From contig NC_068981.1 in NCBI RefSeq assembly GCF_001194135.2, forward strand, positions 133,894,684 to 133,945,314: a stretch of DNA of 50,631 nt, in the 5' to 3' direction. A model generated the notes under the pieces. That model was not told the DNA's origin. It saw only the letters and a program-made list of their open reading frames with translations, and made no database searches. This stretch comes from Octopus bimaculoides. Taxonomy: Eukaryota. Below, piece by piece: positions 48,898-50,631 of this stretch (positions are counted from its first letter, which is position 1; the number at the start of each line of letters is the position of its first letter). Position numbers and translations under genes: made by a program.

Positions 48898-49153
48898 GGT
48901 ACTACTAAAGCAGCGCGGACCCGATCGCTCAGTCGCGCGACAGGGCTAGCTAGTCGTGAGTGGTCGATCCTAACCCTAACCCTATTCCTAACCCTAAACA
49001 CGTATTCATTTGCACACGCGGGTTAGGGTTAGGGATAGGGTTAGGGACAGGGTTAGGGTTAGGGGATAGGGTTAGGGTTAGGATCGACCACTCAAGACTA
49101 GCTAGCGCGGACGCGCGACTGCGCGTTCGGGTCCGCGCTGCTTTAGTAGTACC
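48898..49153. mobile_element. 256-bp non-autonomous long-TIR element (Mutator/foldback-like) with inverted telomere-like repeats
   Basis: About 100-bp TIRs starting GG; exact 9-bp TSD CAAAAGTGC (48889-48897 and 49154-49162); empty sites at 47407-47415 and 50545-50553; (CCCTAA)-like tract 48969-48997 and (TTAGGG)-like tract 49020-49082. Confidence 0.95.
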
Positions 49154-50186
49154 CAAAAGTGCTTTTACAAGTATCTTTGCTTCCATTAAATTCCAAGTAC
49201 ATGTACTTCAATATTTTTCAAAATAAACAGAGAAAAAGTTATAATAACATTTAAAACAGAAAAAACCCCAGCGATTTCACAATATCGGGTTTCCCATACC
49301 AATTTTTTAACTCCGTTTTTAATTTCACGGTTAAAATTGTTAATATTTTTTCCTCAATTTGTTAATTTTTAAAAGTTATCCCCTCCCCTATTTCCATTCG
49401 GACTCTAAACTTGTCGTTCACCTTCGCATGCGTGTATGAAGATTTTGCAATCAACTAGACGATAGCCGGGCCACACTTCATGTGGTCGTTCGATAAGCTA
49501 GAAACAAGAATCAATTCTCCTTGAAAGCACGTTTTTCTAACGACTTATATATAAAACGAAAGATACATCGGACATATATATAGTCCAAGAGAGATTCTTT
49601 CGATTTGTGATACAAACATGAAAGTGGAAATAATAACGATATTTAGCAACGACCAATCAAACGTGTTCAATATCATGTTTCGTTTTTTCATAATTTCCTC
49701 GGATTCTAATATTTTCAACAACACTACAAATATGTAGTGAGAATTTATTGTATTTCTGTTTTGGTAAAGCTTCATCATGGAAGCCCTTTATTAAAGGCAT
49801 TCATTCAATGAAACGTGTACACTTGTTTCAGTTGTGTACTCTACACTACATTATGACATGAGGTATTGTTGAAATAAAAGTGAAATATTGCAGTATTTCC
49901 TAGATGTGATGGACTTCATATGTACTCAATCGTTGGCTTTTTTCATGAAGCGTTCACACTGGGATAGTTTTGACAATTTTAAAGAGCCTGTCTTGCGCCT
50001 AATTTGAATCATCAGCGGTCTTCCAATAAAAAAAAAATACACCGAGCGAAATATGCATTTGCGTACAAAACACATGATTTTCAAAGATTTAATGCAAACA
50101 GATATGATATGGACAATCGTAACTAGGAATGAAAAATATGATAAACACCTTCTAGAATTTACTATATCATTATTATTATTACAAAT

Positions 50187-50264
50187 ATGCAAATGAGGCA
50201 GCCTATTATGGGTAAGTGTACGAGATAGGGTATGTATATATTACGAAGCTTAGTAAACGCTATT
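50187..50264 (+). promoter_or_regulatory. U6 copy 3 promoter
   Basis: ATGCAAAT at 50187-50194, TATATAT at 50235-50241; ATTTGCGT at 50057 (-208). Confidence 0.8.
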
Positions 50265-50288
50265 GTACTAGCTACGGCGGTACATATT

Positions 50289-50321
<33 letters not shown>

Positions 50322-50372
50322 GGCCCCTGCGCAAGGATGACACGCAAATTCGTGAAGCGTTCCATATTTTTT
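50265..50372 (+). ncRNA. U6: U6 snRNA gene, copy 3
   Basis: Identical to copies 1 and 2. Confidence 0.98.
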
Positions 50373-50631
50373 CTTACTATTTCTACTGACATGGATATCC
50401 ATTTTTTTCTTGTTGTCATTCTCTTCTATTCCATGAAATTTATTCGTATCTTCCGTAACTTTCAGAAATTTCATCTAAAACTGTATAGTTCCAGTGAATA
50501 TATACAGAAATTGGTGAGCGTAACGAATTCCTGCGCAAGCCTTTCAAAAGTGCTTTTATAAGTTTTTTTGATTCCATTAAATTTTAAGTACAAGTACTTC
50601 AATGTTTTTTTTAAATAAATAGAGAAGAAGA

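Larger units (their letters stand above)
46975..50631 (+). repeat. Tandem array of U6 units (gene starts 1485 and 1653 bp apart; about 1.4 kb without insertions); may continue beyond the window
   Basis: Spacer sequences align across units along their whole length. Confidence 0.95.

Noticed and set aside
48969-49082. True telomere or telomere-fusion scar
   Set aside because: The tracts are short, enclosed by TIRs and an exact 9-bp TSD, absent from sister units, and oriented opposite to an end-to-end fusion.
47151-50561. Repeated ORFs MKFLKVT... and MTRKFVKRS...
   Set aside because: They are translations overlapping U6 and its 3' flank, not proteins.

Overview
Eukaryotic, AT-rich, repeat-dense DNA with microsatellite-associated N gaps. 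The SINE families suggest an octopus (Octopus sp.) short-read assembly; this is recognition from memory, not a database hit. The left third holds the last four coding exons of GID4 (+ strand, the Pro/N-degron receptor of the GID/CTLH E3 ligase; first exon lies upstream of the window). Its introns carry SINEs, a mariner MITE, a probable Helitron, a degenerate antisense Ty3/Gypsy element and a U6 retrocopy nested in SINEs. The middle (about 17-45 kb) is mostly SINEs plus RTE, CR1/L2-like and Penelope fragments, piggyBac- and mariner-type MITEs, two long inverted repeats and a possible small unannotated gene. The right end (45-50.6 kb) looks CpG-richer and has DNA-transposon-like foldback elements and a tandem array of three identical U6 snRNA genes (about 1.4-kb basal unit). 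The array has been invaded twice by one long-TIR element family: a 256-bp copy with inverted telomere-like (CCCTAA)n/(TTAGGG)n tracts and a 9-bp TSD, and a 64-bp hairpin derivative. Most ORFs in the supplied track are spurious (N gaps, microsatellites, SINEs). Repeat-fragment boundaries are approximate unless a TSD or splice site is cited.
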